Below, piece by piece: positions 24,019-37,640 of a stretch of DNA of 64,000 bases. The notes below the pieces were generated by a model. It was not told the origin of the DNA and did no database searches. It saw only the letters and a list, made by a program, of their open reading frames with translations. The translations under genes and the position numbers were made by a program. The stretch spans positions 2,914,001 to 2,978,000 of the forward strand of contig OZ316776.1 in the NCBI GenBank assembly GCA_973851085.1, in the 5' to 3' direction. The stretch is from Ptychomitrium polyphyllum. Its lineage: Eukaryota. Numbering within the stretch: position 1 is the stretch's first letter; each line of letters opens with the position of its first letter.

Positions 24019-27000
24019 ATGGAGCAATACACTCGGCAAATTGAAGAATCCAATGGTGATATTCAAAGCCTATATCAAGAAGTTATTCGATTGCGAGAGG
24101 CCAATATTGGAATAGAAGGCTTACGTCGAATCCACGCAAAGCCAAAGATTAGCATATCAGACAAGTTCGATGGATCAAGATCAAAATTGAGAGGCTTTGT
24201 TCAACAAGTAAGGCTCTTCCTTAGTTTGCATCGATCTTGCTATCTTAAGGGCACAACTCAAGTGGGATTTGTGGCCACTCTTTTATCAAACAATGCACTA
24301 TCGTGGTTTGCACTACTAATGGAGAAGCAGTCCCCATTATTGAACAACTTAAATGCTTTTATAGAAGCATTGACATCTACTTTTGGAGACACCGACCAAG
24401 AGAGGGTGGCTGAGACAAGGATCCAGAGTTTCCAACAAGGGCAGCGCTCAGCTGCTATATATGCTGCAGAGTTTTGACAATTAGCTTGCGACCTTGATTG
24501 GAATGATAAAGCCTTGGTTACACGATTTTAATGGGGCTTAAGAGAGAATGTCAATGACTTGCTACTCACAATGCTAAGAGTTGAATCATTGGACGAATTC
24601 ATCACTCAAGCAATAGCATGTGACAACAGATTATTTGAGAGGCGCCAAGAACAACGCTTGGGATGGCGACCAGTACATCAAAGCATGGCTACCACTTCTT
24701 CAAGAGTATCCGAAAGTTGACCGTAAGGACCAAAATCTATACAAATTGATGCTGCCCAGTTCAGACGCTTGACTCTAGAAGAAAAAGAAAGGCGTCGAAG
24801 AAAAAACCTCTCCTTGTATTGTGGCAAGTCTGAACATAAAGTGCGCGATTGCCAAATCAAAGGATCTGCCTTTAAGGCTCAAAGCACAATGGTGGAGTTG
24901 GAAAACGGGGCTGTCCAATCACAATAGGGACCATGCGACTGGACACCACAAGGAAACCACCATCAAATCAAGGTCTCTTACTACCTTCAAGCCCTACCTC
25001 TTGTTTTACATTTCCTATCAAAATTAAATTGTTAGATTATGAAGTAAATAGTGAGGCTCTTTTAGACACTAGTGCAACGGCATGTTTTATGGACAAGGAT
25101 TTTGCAACCAAACATCACATGGTGCTTGTGAAGAAAAAATATCCCGCACCTAATGAAGTTATTGATAGACGATCTGTTGCATCTGGCAACGGTATTGAAG
25201 AAACTCAACCATTGGAGGTTGTTTTAGGAGACCAAGCATCTAAGATTGTCTTCAACATCATTCAATGCCGAACGAATCCTATTGTCTTGGGCCTTCCTTG
25301 GTTTGAATTACATAATCCAGATATTGATTGGCGCTCACGGAATGTGGTCTCAAAGAAAAGACGTTAAGGTACAAGAAATCTTGGACCATCATTTATTGGA
25401 GCTAAGGCATTTATGAGAGCAACAAAAGATGAATCAATCTATGTCGTTTATGCCACGCCAATGTCTAACTCTACAGTAGAGACTAATCAAAACATACCTC
25501 ATCAATATCAAGATTATAAAGACGTTTTTGAAAAGAAGAATGTGGACATGTTACCAAAGCACCGACTTTACAATTGTACCATTGAGTTGCAAGAAGGAGC
25601 CCAACCACCTTTCGAACCTATTTATAACTTATCACAAATTGAATTGGCTGCCTTGAGAGATTATATTGATGAAAACCTGGGAAAGGGTTTCATTCAACAC
25701 TCTAAATCACCTACTAGAGCATCCATTCTGTTTGTAAAGAAGAAAGATGGATCATTACGTATGTGTGTGGACTATCGAGGCCTCAATAAAGTAACAAAAA
25801 AGAATCGCTATCCATTACCATTAATTTCAGGACTCCTACAACAACTTGGCCAAGCAAAGATATTCACCAAAATTGATTTTAGAGGAGCCTACAATCTTGT
25901 ACGCATCAACGAAGGAGACAAATGGAAGACAACTTTTTGATCTAGGTATGGTCATTTTGAATACAATGTCATGCCTTTTGGCCTTACTAATGCTCCCATA
26001 GTCTTCCAACATATGATGAATGATATCTTCTATGAACATCTTAATGATTTTGTAGTCATCTACTTAGATGACATTCTGATATATTCAAAGGATGAACAAG
26101 ATCACAAATGTCATGTGCGAATGGTCTTAGAAAAACTACACCAGCAAGAATTATATGCCAAATTGGAAAAGTGCCTTTTCTATGAATCCTCGGTTGAATT
26201 TTTAAGCTACATCATTTCCAAAGGAGGAATCCATATGGATAAAAAAAATAAGCACTGTCATGGAGTGGAGTACGCCAAGATCAATTTGAGATGTTCAATG
26301 CTTCTTGGGATTTGCAAACTTCTATAGGATATTCATCAAGAATTATTCCAAGATTGCGGCACCATTAACACATCTTACGGGAAAGCAAAAATTCATTTGG
26401 GATGAAGAGGCGGAAAAAACATTTCAAAGTCTTAAGAAGTCATTCATGTTGGCTCCAATCTTTATTCATCCAAATCCATCAAAGCTTTTTTATTTTGGAA
26501 GCAAATGCCTCAGAGTTTGCGCTTGGCTCAGTACTCTCACAATATAATCAAGAAGGGAGACTTCACCCTCTTGTCTTCTGTTCAAGGAAGTTCTTAGCGG
26601 CAAATATCAACTATGATATACATGATAAAGAATTACTTGCAATTGTAGATGCGTTTGAAGAATGGCAACACTTATTGGAAGGAGCTCAACATACCATTAC
26701 GATATATACAAACCACAAGAACTTGGAGTATTTTATGAGTGCGTGCGTTTTGAATTGCCGTCAAGTAAGGTAGAGTATGTTGCTTTCCAGATTTGACTTT
26801 GTCATTATTTATCGACTTGGTAGCTTACAAAGTAAGCTAGATGCCTTATCTTAAAGATCTTATTTAGCTCCCCAACTTGGAGATGATGTTTTGGATCAAC
26901 AAAGGACTATTTTATTGAAGCCAGAGAATCTTCAATTGAAAGCAGCAATTATTACAACAACATTCCATCTTGACAAAATTTGGAAGGCTTTGAAGAATGT

Positions 27001-28370
27001 CGTCTTTGTTTCAAATATAAGGAAGCGCCTAAAAGAGAATGGAGATCCTTCAAATAACAATGAGGACTTTGAATTCCAAGAGGGCCTACTTTATTATAAA
27101 GGACTTTTGTACCTACCTCTAGGCCCTTTGCGATTGAAGATCCTTTAAGCATGTCATAATTTTCCAGCAGCAGGACATTTTGGATTCAATAAAACAATGG
27201 AGTTGATTGCTAGAGACTATTGATGGTTACAAATGTAGAAGTACGTGAAGGACTTTGTTTGATTATGCAACACTTGTACAAGAGCTAAGGTACCAAGACA
27301 CCAATCTCATGGTCTCCTCCATCCACTTGTCTTTGTCAATGGATTTTATCACGGACCTTCCAAAATCCGATTCTAAGAATTCTATTTTGGTAGTGGTGGA
27401 TCAATTTACCAAAATGGCACATTTCATTCCATGCAACAAGATGGTAACAAGAGAAGAAACTGCCAAATTGTTCCTAAATCATGTCTACCGCATACATGGA
27501 CTACCAAATGATATTGTATCCGATCGAGGGCCGTAGTTCATTTCCAACTTTTGGAGGGCTCTATTCCAACTGTTGCGTGTAAAAATTAACTTTTTTTCAG
27601 CATACCATCCGCAAGCTGATGGCCAAATCAAACGTGTGAATCAAATTTTGGAGCAATACCTTTGTTATAGCATAAACTACCAGCAAGACAATTGGATGGA
27701 CCACTTGCCTTTGGCTGAGTTTACTTACAATATTACGGTGCATTCTTCAACAACTCAAAGTCCATTCTTTGCAAACTATGACCATCATTCTCGAGCAGAT
27801 CTATTTCAAGTGAAGCATATTGGAAGTTCTACAACAAAGGATTTTGCAATTCAACTTACTAAATTCCATCAAGAAATTACCTTCCAATTACAACAAGCTC
27901 AAGATCATTACATAATTTATGCAGATTGCCATAAAAAAGACCATCCAAAGTTCAAGGTTGAAAATAGCATATGGTTCCTACGATGAAATATACAAACATA
28001 AAGACCATCAAAGAAGTTGGACTATCAAAGGCTGGAACCGTTTGAAATCATTAAACAGATAAATCCGGTTAATTCTTGTCAAAAGCTACCACCAAGCATG
28101 CAAATTCATCCAGTATTCCACATATTGTTGTTGGAAACCTATAATAAATTATGTATCTTAGAAAGAATTGTCCCTCTGCCTCTTTCGCTGGAAATCAATA
28201 ATGAAATTGAATATGAAGTGGAAGAGATCTTAGATTCACGCATCAAAAACGGATGTGTGGAGTACCTTATACATTGGCAAGGATATGGCATCAATGACCG
28301 AATATAGGAAGCTTTAATAAATGTAACAAATGCATCCAAGAAGGTATACAAATTTCATCAAAGATATCTT
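24019..28370 (+). pseudogene. Retrotransposon gag-pol, broken by stops and frameshifts
   Basis: Gag (KFDGSRSKLRGF; degenerate zinc knuckle SLYCGKSEHKVRDC), protease (ALLDTSAT), RT (LRMCVDYRGLN, MPFGLTNAP, YLDDILIY), RNase H (NYDIHDKELLAIV), integrase (SMDFITDLP, IVSDRG, AYHPQADGQ), chromodomain (EYEVEEILDSR...YLIHWQGY). Confidence 0.95.
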
Positions 28371-29028
28371 TAGAAATTAAGTCAGTGATGATGTATCATC
28401 AGTAGCCGTTAGCTTCACAGAAAAGTTTTTCCTTCATAGACAAGTATAAGAAGGGAGGAGAGATATCCAAACTTCTAATTGTATGCAGCATTATTTCCAA
28501 GATAAATCATTTTTAGATACTAGCTAGGATGTCAAATCTTTGTGTTATCATGGATATGTGTGAAGAGTAGTCGGCCATGCCTTCATCAACTACAACATCT
28601 GTTGAGCCAACTCAACTTTTTGAGCCTTTGGTAATGGAGGTTCTAAGCCAAGATATGAAAGGGACATTCCAATGTTGAGTACGACTTTGTGCAGAAGTAT
28701 TGGCTAATCACCCTTTACATTCCAGTCTTGATTCAGATGCTTGAGCTTTAGTCATCTTGTTAAAAATTGGAAGAGTCACTCTTGGAGGGCCCGATATCTT
28801 ATTTGGAGGATGTTTTGAAGGACTTAATCAAGATAAGATCTTGGGATGGGACATTTCAACAACAAAAGTCTTAGCTGGTAGTCATTAATGTTTTTTGCAA
28901 AGACCAGTTGAACCAGTGGACAAAGAATAACAAGCAAAATATGTTACTTCACTCTTTTGACAAATTTTGGAATTTGTAGAAATGTGACAAGCAAGCCAAG
29001 AAAAGAGCTCCTCATGGAACTCGTCGCT

Positions 29029-29042
29029 AAATGGGGAGGTGA
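29029..29042 (+). promoter_or_regulatory. Polypurine tract
   Basis: AAATGGGGAGGTGA immediately 5' of the 3' LTR start TGTCAAGG. Confidence 0.75.
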
Positions 29043-29552
29043 TGTCAAGGACATAGATCATCCAATATAGTCCTTAGAACATCCTAGAATCTTCTAGTAT
29101 ACTATAATAGCTTCTTAAAATACTTTTAAATGTCTCCATAACCTTTTCATGTTCTTAGAAAGCTTCCTAGAAAAGTTCTTCCACCTTACGAAACTTCCTA
29201 GGAAGATTCTACCTCTTTAGGAAATTTCCTAAGAAGACTCCGCTATCTTAAAAAACTTCTAAGGAAGGTTCCAACATCTTAGGAAATTTCTTGGGAAGGT
29301 TCCCTAGACCTCCAGAACATTCTTAAGTCTTGTAAGAAGCTTCTTTAGTAGTATCCTAGGAGATACAAACGTCATAGTATAAATAGGAAGCAAGACAAGG
29401 TATTACTTAGTCTTGCCAATACAAGTTGTGGATCATCTTGAATCTTGCCTTGTTCTAGTGCTTGTATCAAGTTCTTGTTAATCATTAGCTTTTTGGAAGT
29501 TAATTCTTGGAAAATACTTCGTTTCTGCTTCATGTTTCTTGTGTCCCTAATT
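29043..29552 (+). repeat. 3' LTR (510 bp)
   Basis: Homologous to the 5' LTR, TATAAATA at 29378, five ~31-bp repeats; the terminal CA appears mutated to TT. Confidence 0.9.
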
Positions 29553-31496
29553 CAATGTACCCTAACAAACGTCGCGCATGCCAACCCTATACATATCCCG
29601 CATACACATGATTAACTCCTATTTTAAATTTCCTAGCCGCAGGCTTGGTTTCCAATTCTTTCTCCTCATTTCTCTTAAGACCTCTAATTAGTTGGTAACC
29701 AATGATTAGGTGCAAACTTCAATTCATGTCCAAGGCCTCACTTGGTGTTATTTCCATTGTACATGGCCTAACCGCACTTAGTGGTGTCTCCTCACCACCA
29801 CTCATAACCTTCATATGATCCGATGATCACCCCGAGCCATCATGGTGCAAGCGTGGAGACACCACCCCAATATAGTGACAACCCGCACACATTTTAGAAT
29901 TCATTAGTTCTTTTTGTGAAATTGGCCATCCACCGGCTTATAATGGCATAAGAATTCCGTGGTAAAGTCCCAAAATTAGCTCCACCTATTGGAATTCACC
30001 CTTGATTATTACTATGACACTATAGGAATGGAGAGGAAGACCAACCTTCCTTATAGTAGTCTTTGTAGGATTCGGCAAGCCCCATGACCCTCTGTAGTTG
30101 GTAAAATTCCAACACAGCCAAAGCTTTGGAAGACCATCCAATCTTTTAAAGAACTTTGCCGCTGATAGCCTCCGGAACTTCTTACAAACCTTTAAGATCC
30201 CATATCTTCTATGTTTGGTCTCTAAATCTATCAAGCGACCACTTAATTGTCATTTGTTCTTTGTATAGATGCCAATAGACTTCTCAAACATCCAATTTGA
30301 TTAGTTTTTAGAGAGATATGCATCTTATAAGGTTCAGAAATCATGGAGAGTCCTTCCGTGCACTGTCCTAATCGAATACAATTACAATTTATGACTGCCA
30401 CACTCTAGAACAACTTCTAGACAACTCCAATTTTGAATTCCATATCTTTTAGCTTCCTTATCCAATTTGAGCAATCCTTAGCATTCTAGAATCAACTCGT
30501 TATGAGGCATCTATTGCCTACAATTTCTTCCTTGTGGCTCTTAGTCTTTGTAGGCAAGCATGTTCTTTTTCCTCCGGATCTTTTTCCACATTAAGCCCAC
30601 GTGGATCACCTCACTATTGGTGCCACAAGTCTCGGACGTCACTTTAGGGTCCCTCTTGTACCCTTAGTGTTGCGGGCACTCTTCAAAGCGAGGTGCACGA
30701 CAGTATTTGTTTGAGTTTGTTGCCTTATGGTAAAGACAACTTTGTTTCTCAACTTTTATGGACATAGTGGAGTCTCTTGAACCATAGATTTAATAAATAG
30801 CAATCTAATTTTCCTAAGCATTACCTCCTATGAAATCCCAAAAATTGATACAAGAAATTTCATTATCGGCTATGACCAAATTAAAATTCTTTCAATTTTT
30901 TTTTTTGGCATTGACATTTTCAAATTGCATATTGCAACAAACTATAGTAAGAACCTTGCAATATTTCCTCTTATAGATGTAGAAAGCCATGGAAGTCCAA
31001 TTTTTGACATGTTTGATACATTCAATTATTATCTAAAAATCTTCTATATTCCTTTTTATCTGCATGTGCATTACAAAATCTACACCACTATTTGATAAGT
31101 CCACAAACATCTTAATTTGTTCTAGTATAGAAACCTATAATTGTGGACAAACTTAAAATTATAATTGCCCTTCAAAACTACAATGATATCAATGGATTTC
31201 ATAGTAGGCTTGATAAATTATTTGGAGCTTGTTGAAATATTTTTGCAATTGAAAGAAGCAATTATAATGATCTTGTTTATGGCTTGTTTTACACTTTGCT
31301 TTTCACTTGATGTTGGGATATTGAAAATGAATTCAATCAAAAATTATTTGCTAGATTACAAAGTTGGTAGCAATAAGGATCTTGCATACCTTTATTGCTA
31401 TATATTGGTAGGTGAAATCTAAAGATTTACAACAAACAATAATTTTAACAGAATGGTTGTTGTTGTAAATGTGCACAAAGACTTAAGGTGAATCAA

Positions 31497-31870
31497 TATC
31501 ACAGAAACATATTAGAAGCATCTTAGAAGGTTTAAAAAGGCTAAAGAAGTTGCCAAGGAAGTTATCATAGTTTAAGAAGCTTCCAAAGAAGCAACTTAAG
31601 GTTGCTTGAATACAAAACAATGTACTAGAAGCTTTTTAAGATAAGGCTTGTAGTCCTAGTATATATAAGAGTCTTGGTTGAAGGAATCTTTAGTCTGGAC
31701 AAAACATTTCTTGTGATCTAGCTCACATTTGCTGGCCCTATCTTAATACTTTATTATAGCTCTTTACTTCTAATATACCTTGCATATATCTTATTCCATA
31801 TTTATTGAAATCTTGAAATCCTAAAGCCTTTCCTTATCATTACTTTGTCTGTAACAATTTGTCAAGATTA
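31497..31870 (+). mobile_element. LTR relic plus PBS of a second, related family
   Basis: TATCAC...TGTAACA (ends 31856), TATA at 31660, followed by TTTGTCAAGATTA. Homologous in reverse orientation to 32389-32937. Confidence 0.7.
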
Positions 31871-32388
31871 GAGTAAAATAATAAGTTGAACTTGATTAAT
31901 AAAGCCTCAAAATTTTGAATGCTTACGATCAAACTTCTTTGGAAGGCTAATTCTTGGGTCCTTGGCTATCAACATTGAATTGCTAATTTGAGTTTGTGCA
32001 ACTTTTGTTAAAGAAGATTTAGACAATAAAGCACCTAGGGTGACTTGGAGTAGCAACTGGAGTACTTCAGCTCCTTAGACCATTATGTATGATTAAATAA
32101 ATTTTTCATTTTGTTTGAATAAATTCTCAATCTTGATTCTCAATGTTTTAAGGGCATTGCTAATGGAATCTAATTTGGCTTTTTTTAAATCACTCAAATT
32201 GATCACTTCATTTTTTGGCATAAAAACAAAATAGAAATTATTAAATATATAAAAACTAAGGAAGATTCAAGGGACAATATTAACCTAAAGGAGAGTAGTC
32301 CACAACTTCTAGAACGTTATAATATTTTTAAGAAGAGAGGTGTTTCACTCTCCATCAAGAAATACCAAGTTCTGATATTATTGTATGA

Positions 32389-32937
32389 CAATCTTGACAA
32401 ACTATTACAGATAGAGTAATGAGGAGACAAGACTTCTAGATTTCAAGATATGAAACAAGATATGTGCAAGATATATTAGAAATAAAAAACTATAACAAAG
32501 TACAAAGATAGGGCCAGAAGGTTTGAGCTAGACCATAAGAGATGCTTTGTTCTGACTAAAGATCGCCAAAATTCTTATATATATATTAGGACTACAAGCC
32601 TTAGTAGCTTCTTGAAAAGCTTTTAGTACATTGCTTTATACTAAGCAACCTTGAGTTGCTTCCTTGGAAGTTTCTTAAGCTAAGGTAACTTCTTTGGAAG
32701 CTTCTTAAATGTAAGTAACTTCCTTAGAAGCTTCTTAAATGTAGGTAACTTCCTTAGAAGCTTCTTAAATATAGGGAACTTCCTTAGAAGCTTCTTAAAC
32801 TAAGAATATTTTCTTTGGAAGCTTTTAAAGCTAGGAATAACTTCTTTAGAATTTCCAAAGTCCAAGTAACTTTATTGGAAGCTTTTCAAACTTTTTAAGA
32901 ACCTTTTTACATGCTTCTATTATGTATGTCCATAACA
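32389..32937 (-). mobile_element. LTR relic plus PBS of the same second family, inverted, with a ~30-bp tandem array
   Basis: Minus strand TGTTATGGAC...TGTAATA followed by TTTGTCAAGATTG. Array of TAACTTCCTTAGAAGCTTCTTAAATGTAGG-like units at ~32660-32890. Confidence 0.7.
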
Positions 32938-35900
32938 AATGTTAAAAAAAGTATTTGAGATGCTTGGTTGATTAACGCATCTTTTAATCCCAAGTATTTC
33001 CATTTTGTAATGTTTTAATTTACTTCATTTTTTTTTATTAATTTCTCAAATTTAGATTCTGATGTTTTTTCTTTTCAATTTATGGACCATATTTTCAATC
33101 ACTTTGAAGAAGTCAGCAATTCCTGCTATCAATTAGACAACTTCTCAAGGGATTTTGCAGCCAGTTGACTATGTGAAGGAGTAGCATATTTTACTTTGGA
33201 AGAAGGCCTTTTATTCTTTCTTCCATAACAACATTAAATCGACGTTTTTGAAGAGCTCCATTTTTTACAACGTCCTTGGCACTGAGTTGGTTGACAGCTG
33301 AATAATTTTAGAAGTTCTACAAAAGAAATAACAACGTTAAGTTCTTACTTCCTTTGCTTTGGTGGATCCAATCCTTTCATTACCTTTTCATTTGAAATTC
33401 TTCATTATTTATCATCATAGAGATTTTAGAACAATCTTCTAGCCTGGACCTTCTTTAGGCTCAAATTCAAAAATTTATTAGTAAGGTATTAATCATCATT
33501 TGATTTTTACTCTTGTTTAAATTTTGATTTCCTATTGACTTGAATTTCTTTAATTTTCTTATCATTTCAATCTTTTAGGATGGAATAAGCCGACACTAAT
33601 GTGTTTCATTTCAACAATGTCAAAATTCTAGAATTAATCTCTTCAATGTTGACATTCTAGAAAACTTGCCAGTTCATGGAATCTCCTAGCCTCCATGATC
33701 CATTTGTGGTTTTTCTTTGGAATTTGCAACCTGCAAGGTTTGTAAAATCTATTTTTGAATTTGCTAATGCTTACTTCCATAATGACGCCACATTGCTTTT
33801 TTTCCATACTAATGAGTGCTTGGTCTTTTGCGAGGTGGAAGAAACATCCAACTTGTACTCTGTTCATTGATTTCAAGATTGGTGAGTAATTAATAAGTTG
33901 TTCTTAGCAACTGCAAAGAATCCTAAGACAAATATATGTTATTGACTTATTTCTCTTTTATGTTTTCTTCCTTGGTTTCATTGAGGTGATTTTTCAATTT
34001 CTGATTCTTATTTCTAATTGGCAGTTTGTACGCTTTGGAATTCAACTTTTTATTTGGAATGAGTCAATTTAGTAACAATTCTTCTAGGAAGAACATCTTA
34101 ACTCAGTTGATGCGGTTCAAAGCTAAAACAAGAATGACACCTTATTGAAAGGCCTCTATTAGTGCATTTCTTGGCATTTTATTTTTCTTAACACCTTCTT
34201 TATGTTTCTTTCTTATTCTCATATCTTTAATTTTTGACTTGCTTTCTTATTATATATCTTTAGAAGCTCACATCCGCACTTGCCAAACCACCAATTCAGC
34301 ACATTCTTGCTTTTAAGAATAACTTTGTTATAATTGAGGCTTTCTTCAAGCTTTTAGATGCTCTACAACCTCCACCTATTGCAGCTGCAATAAAGAAGAC
34401 CTTGATTAGTCCTTTTAGGAATCAATGCCTTTTAAAGAAGCCAAAACGCAATTGAATTGCTTGTGCGTAAGTTTGATTGTTTAACTCATCTACTTTGTCC
34501 TTGTACATCCTATGGCTATTTTCTTTCTAACCATTAATTATTTTCTATATCTAGCATAGAGTTTTACATACATTGCCTATTTAATTTTTGGATGTGGTTA
34601 GACTTAGACTTCTGGTTTTGCAATTTGTTTGGATTTCTAGCCCATTTACCATGTCTTGTTTTAACTATGTTAGTACAATATGTTTTGTTTTGATTGATTT
34701 TCTATTCTTTCTTGGATTTTCTTCTATATATTATCTTGTATGTCTTGTATGTATTGTCTTGTATGCACTCTTGCCTTTACTTCCACATATCTTTGTTTGT
34801 TTTGGCAACCTCTCATTGCCAAAAACTATGTTTGTTTTAAAACTTATTGTTTTTAAAAAAAAACAAAGGATTGATTCTAATTTGCATGAAAACAAAGCTC
34901 CAAACAAATTGAGGATACTCAATATACAAATTTTGAAGTACAAATGAGGTCAAAATGAGTTTGTTTTGTATTGGTGTCACAAAGGGGTCCAATAATTGTT
35001 TTTTTTCTACTAAAAATTAAGGTCCTAAATTACATGGAGGTATGTAATAAGACTACCATCACTTTTGGATTCCTTACTCTATTATATTAATTTTCAACAT
35101 TAAATTGGACAAGGCTAATGGATATAATTTTTTAAATTTTTTAGACAATTTGTTCAATTTTTATTGGATTCTAGCAACATATGTTAAACTAGACCATTTT
35201 TATTGTACATTGGATTGTAAGAATATATAAATGCTTAACAACTATAATTTGCACTTTCACTATTGTTATGTCACTTTGTTTTGTTAAAGAAAAATCTGAG
35301 CTACAATATGGGAGACAACTCTAATATTTTGGAAATAAGTAGGCATGAAGAAATAAAAAACCTTCATATGAATTTTGACTTTATTAAATTGGTTTTACCA
35401 AATATTGAATTCTAATTAATATAGTGCAACTCAAACTCTAAGCAATAAATTTCAAATCACTACTTCAATGTGTAAAACCTTAAAATTCAATGTGAAGTTA
35501 GCCAATTGTTGAGACAATTAGTTTAAGTTCAATAACTTGTAATATCAGGCATAACTACAAAGAAAAGTTTTAAGTTCTTCAAATTTAAAATGAATAGAAT
35601 CAAATTCTCCATTATTACATTCATCCATATAGAATGAATATGGATGCTTCAATTAATTGCAATCCATCTTTGTGAAATAATAGAATTTCTATAAGGTTTC
35701 ATCATTCTATTAGTTTTTATAACCATAGCCTAGACTTTAGATTCAATTGAGCGAAGAAAATCTTTCAAAAACACAAAAGTTGAAATACTTGCATTTAGGC
35801 ATTATGATTTAATTTTTTTTCTCTTTACTCAAATTTTCCTAAAGTCCAAATCATTTTTTGGTTTCTTATACTTGAATGTGTATATTTAGCTTTGTCTTTT

Positions 35901-37349
35901 GATGATTCATAGCAACACACTTGCTACCTTTGCTATAAATCTCAACTAAAGAATCAACTTTGATAGTTTTTAGTACAAATTTGTATTATTGATTGGAATT
36001 GTTACAAGCAATGTCAAAACAATTAAAGCATCATATGATGCTCATACTTTATTGGCATTAATTCTACAATAAAAACCAGTAAATATCAAAATTCTACCAA
36101 AATTGCTTGTAATAAAAGTATTTGACTCTATAACAAAGTTCACCATTCCACGTGGCAACTTCTTTGAAGGCAAGGCCTATTTAAAAGTAAGATTTTTATT
36201 CTTCAATATTTTAAGCATACCACAAATTCTAAAGGAATTTGGCTCATGATGCCAAGTAAGCAAAGAGTCTAAGTACTAAAGAGATTGAAAGCTGTAAATC
36301 TAAACTAAGTAGGATAAATTCAAAAAAATAATTATATTGCTCGTCAAGATTCCATAATACCATACAATGGAGCCTATTAGTATAAAGTTGAACAAAAGCA
36401 AGAAGTTGTAATGTCATGTGTTTTCTATTAGCAAAAGAAACAAGTTGTTTTTGATAATATTTCTTCCATCTCTATAAACAATCATTTCTAAGTCAAATCT
36501 AGCATTGATGTTGTTACAGGGACTTGCTTTTGTGACTACAAGTATCTTCCACAGTAATAATTTCATGATATAAATTAATTATGTTTAATTATTTCATTTA
36601 CAAGTTCCTTTTGCAAAAGTCATTCAAATTTGTTTCTTTTTATAAATTTTTTGGTTCTTAATCCCACAATCATGGGCACTACTTTCTTCTAAATTCTAGG
36701 CTCATTGTTCACATTTCACAACTCATCACTCAACGTTCACTGCTCACTACTCATGTAATAGTATGTTCCATGGTTGTTGATGTAGTTTGCAAATTTTCAA
36801 TTATATTCTAATGTTATGGTTGTTAATGGTTATTTGATGAAAATTAATAATTAATTACTTAAAGATTTTTCAATTTGTTTCAATTGATACCATTTTCTAA
36901 CCTTTCTAATTTCCTTCTTTATATGTTTTTCAACTACAACAAAATTTTTTGAAGATAATTCATAATTATTGCCCTATTTAGCAATTGAATTAGATATTGT
37001 TGGAATACATATTTCATTTAATTACAAATATAAAAGTATGTAAGATTTTAAACTAAGTCAAATTTGTATTAACACTAATTCAAAAATAGCCTTGCAAAAA
37101 TGAAGTCTAAAAGTTAAATAAATAAATAAATTCCCAAAATCATTATATTAAGATTATCTTGTATAAAATCTATTTCAACAAATTTTATTCAAAAGATGTC
37201 ACTATTTTCTCTATAGTCAAACTTATGGATATAGCATTGTAGCATAGAATTTTGAATAGACTTATATTATTTACTTTCTCTTTTAATGGTTATTCAATTT
37301 ATAAATTCTTCACATGATATCAAAATAATTGGAATCACATTGGAATTGT

Positions 37350-37640
37350 CATTAGACAACTTGGAGACAAACACAACAATAAAGACAACAAAAAATAAAG
37401 GTAAGAGAAACAAGTGAGATAAGAGAGACAACAACTAAGACATCAACAATTAAGACAACAATAGCGACAACAAGAAAGATAACAACCGAGACAACAAGAT
37501 AGACAATAAGATAGACAACAACCAAGACAACAACAAGGGAGACAAAAAGGAAGACATCAACACAGAAGGGAAACAACAGGAGAGACAACAACAAAAGACA
37601 ACAACAATAGGAGAGACAACAACAAAAGACAACAAAAACG
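37350..37640. repeat. Low-complexity (GACAA/CAA)-rich degenerate microsatellite
   Basis: Runs of AGACAACAA / AGACAAT units with very low T content on the plus strand. Confidence 0.8.

Larger units (their letters stand above)
23026..29552 (+). mobile_element. Full-length, decayed Ty3/gypsy chromovirus LTR retrotransposon (Tf1/Tcn1-like)
   Basis: Two homologous LTRs, TSD TAATG/CAATG (23021-25 / 29553-57), domain order gag-PR-RT-RNaseH-IN-chromodomain, and a PPT before the 3' LTR. Confidence 0.95.
23007..30702. mobile_element. Older solo LTR (~1.16 kb: 23007-23025 plus 29558-30702) split by the chromovirus insertion
   Basis: Begins TGTCG (23007) and ends CGACA (30702), inverted termini. Flanked by ATATT (23002-23006) and GTATT (30703-30707), a 4/5-matching TSD. 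Higher GC than the surrounding island. Confidence 0.6.

Noticed and set aside
28370..29028. Possible extra (antisense or env-like) ORF between chromodomain and PPT
   Set aside because: No ORF of 60 codons or more in the supplied track and no recognisable motif; a family consensus would be needed.
34588..34947. 119-aa hydrophobic ORF
   Set aside because: T-rich low-complexity sequence inside the AT-rich island with a non-ATG start.
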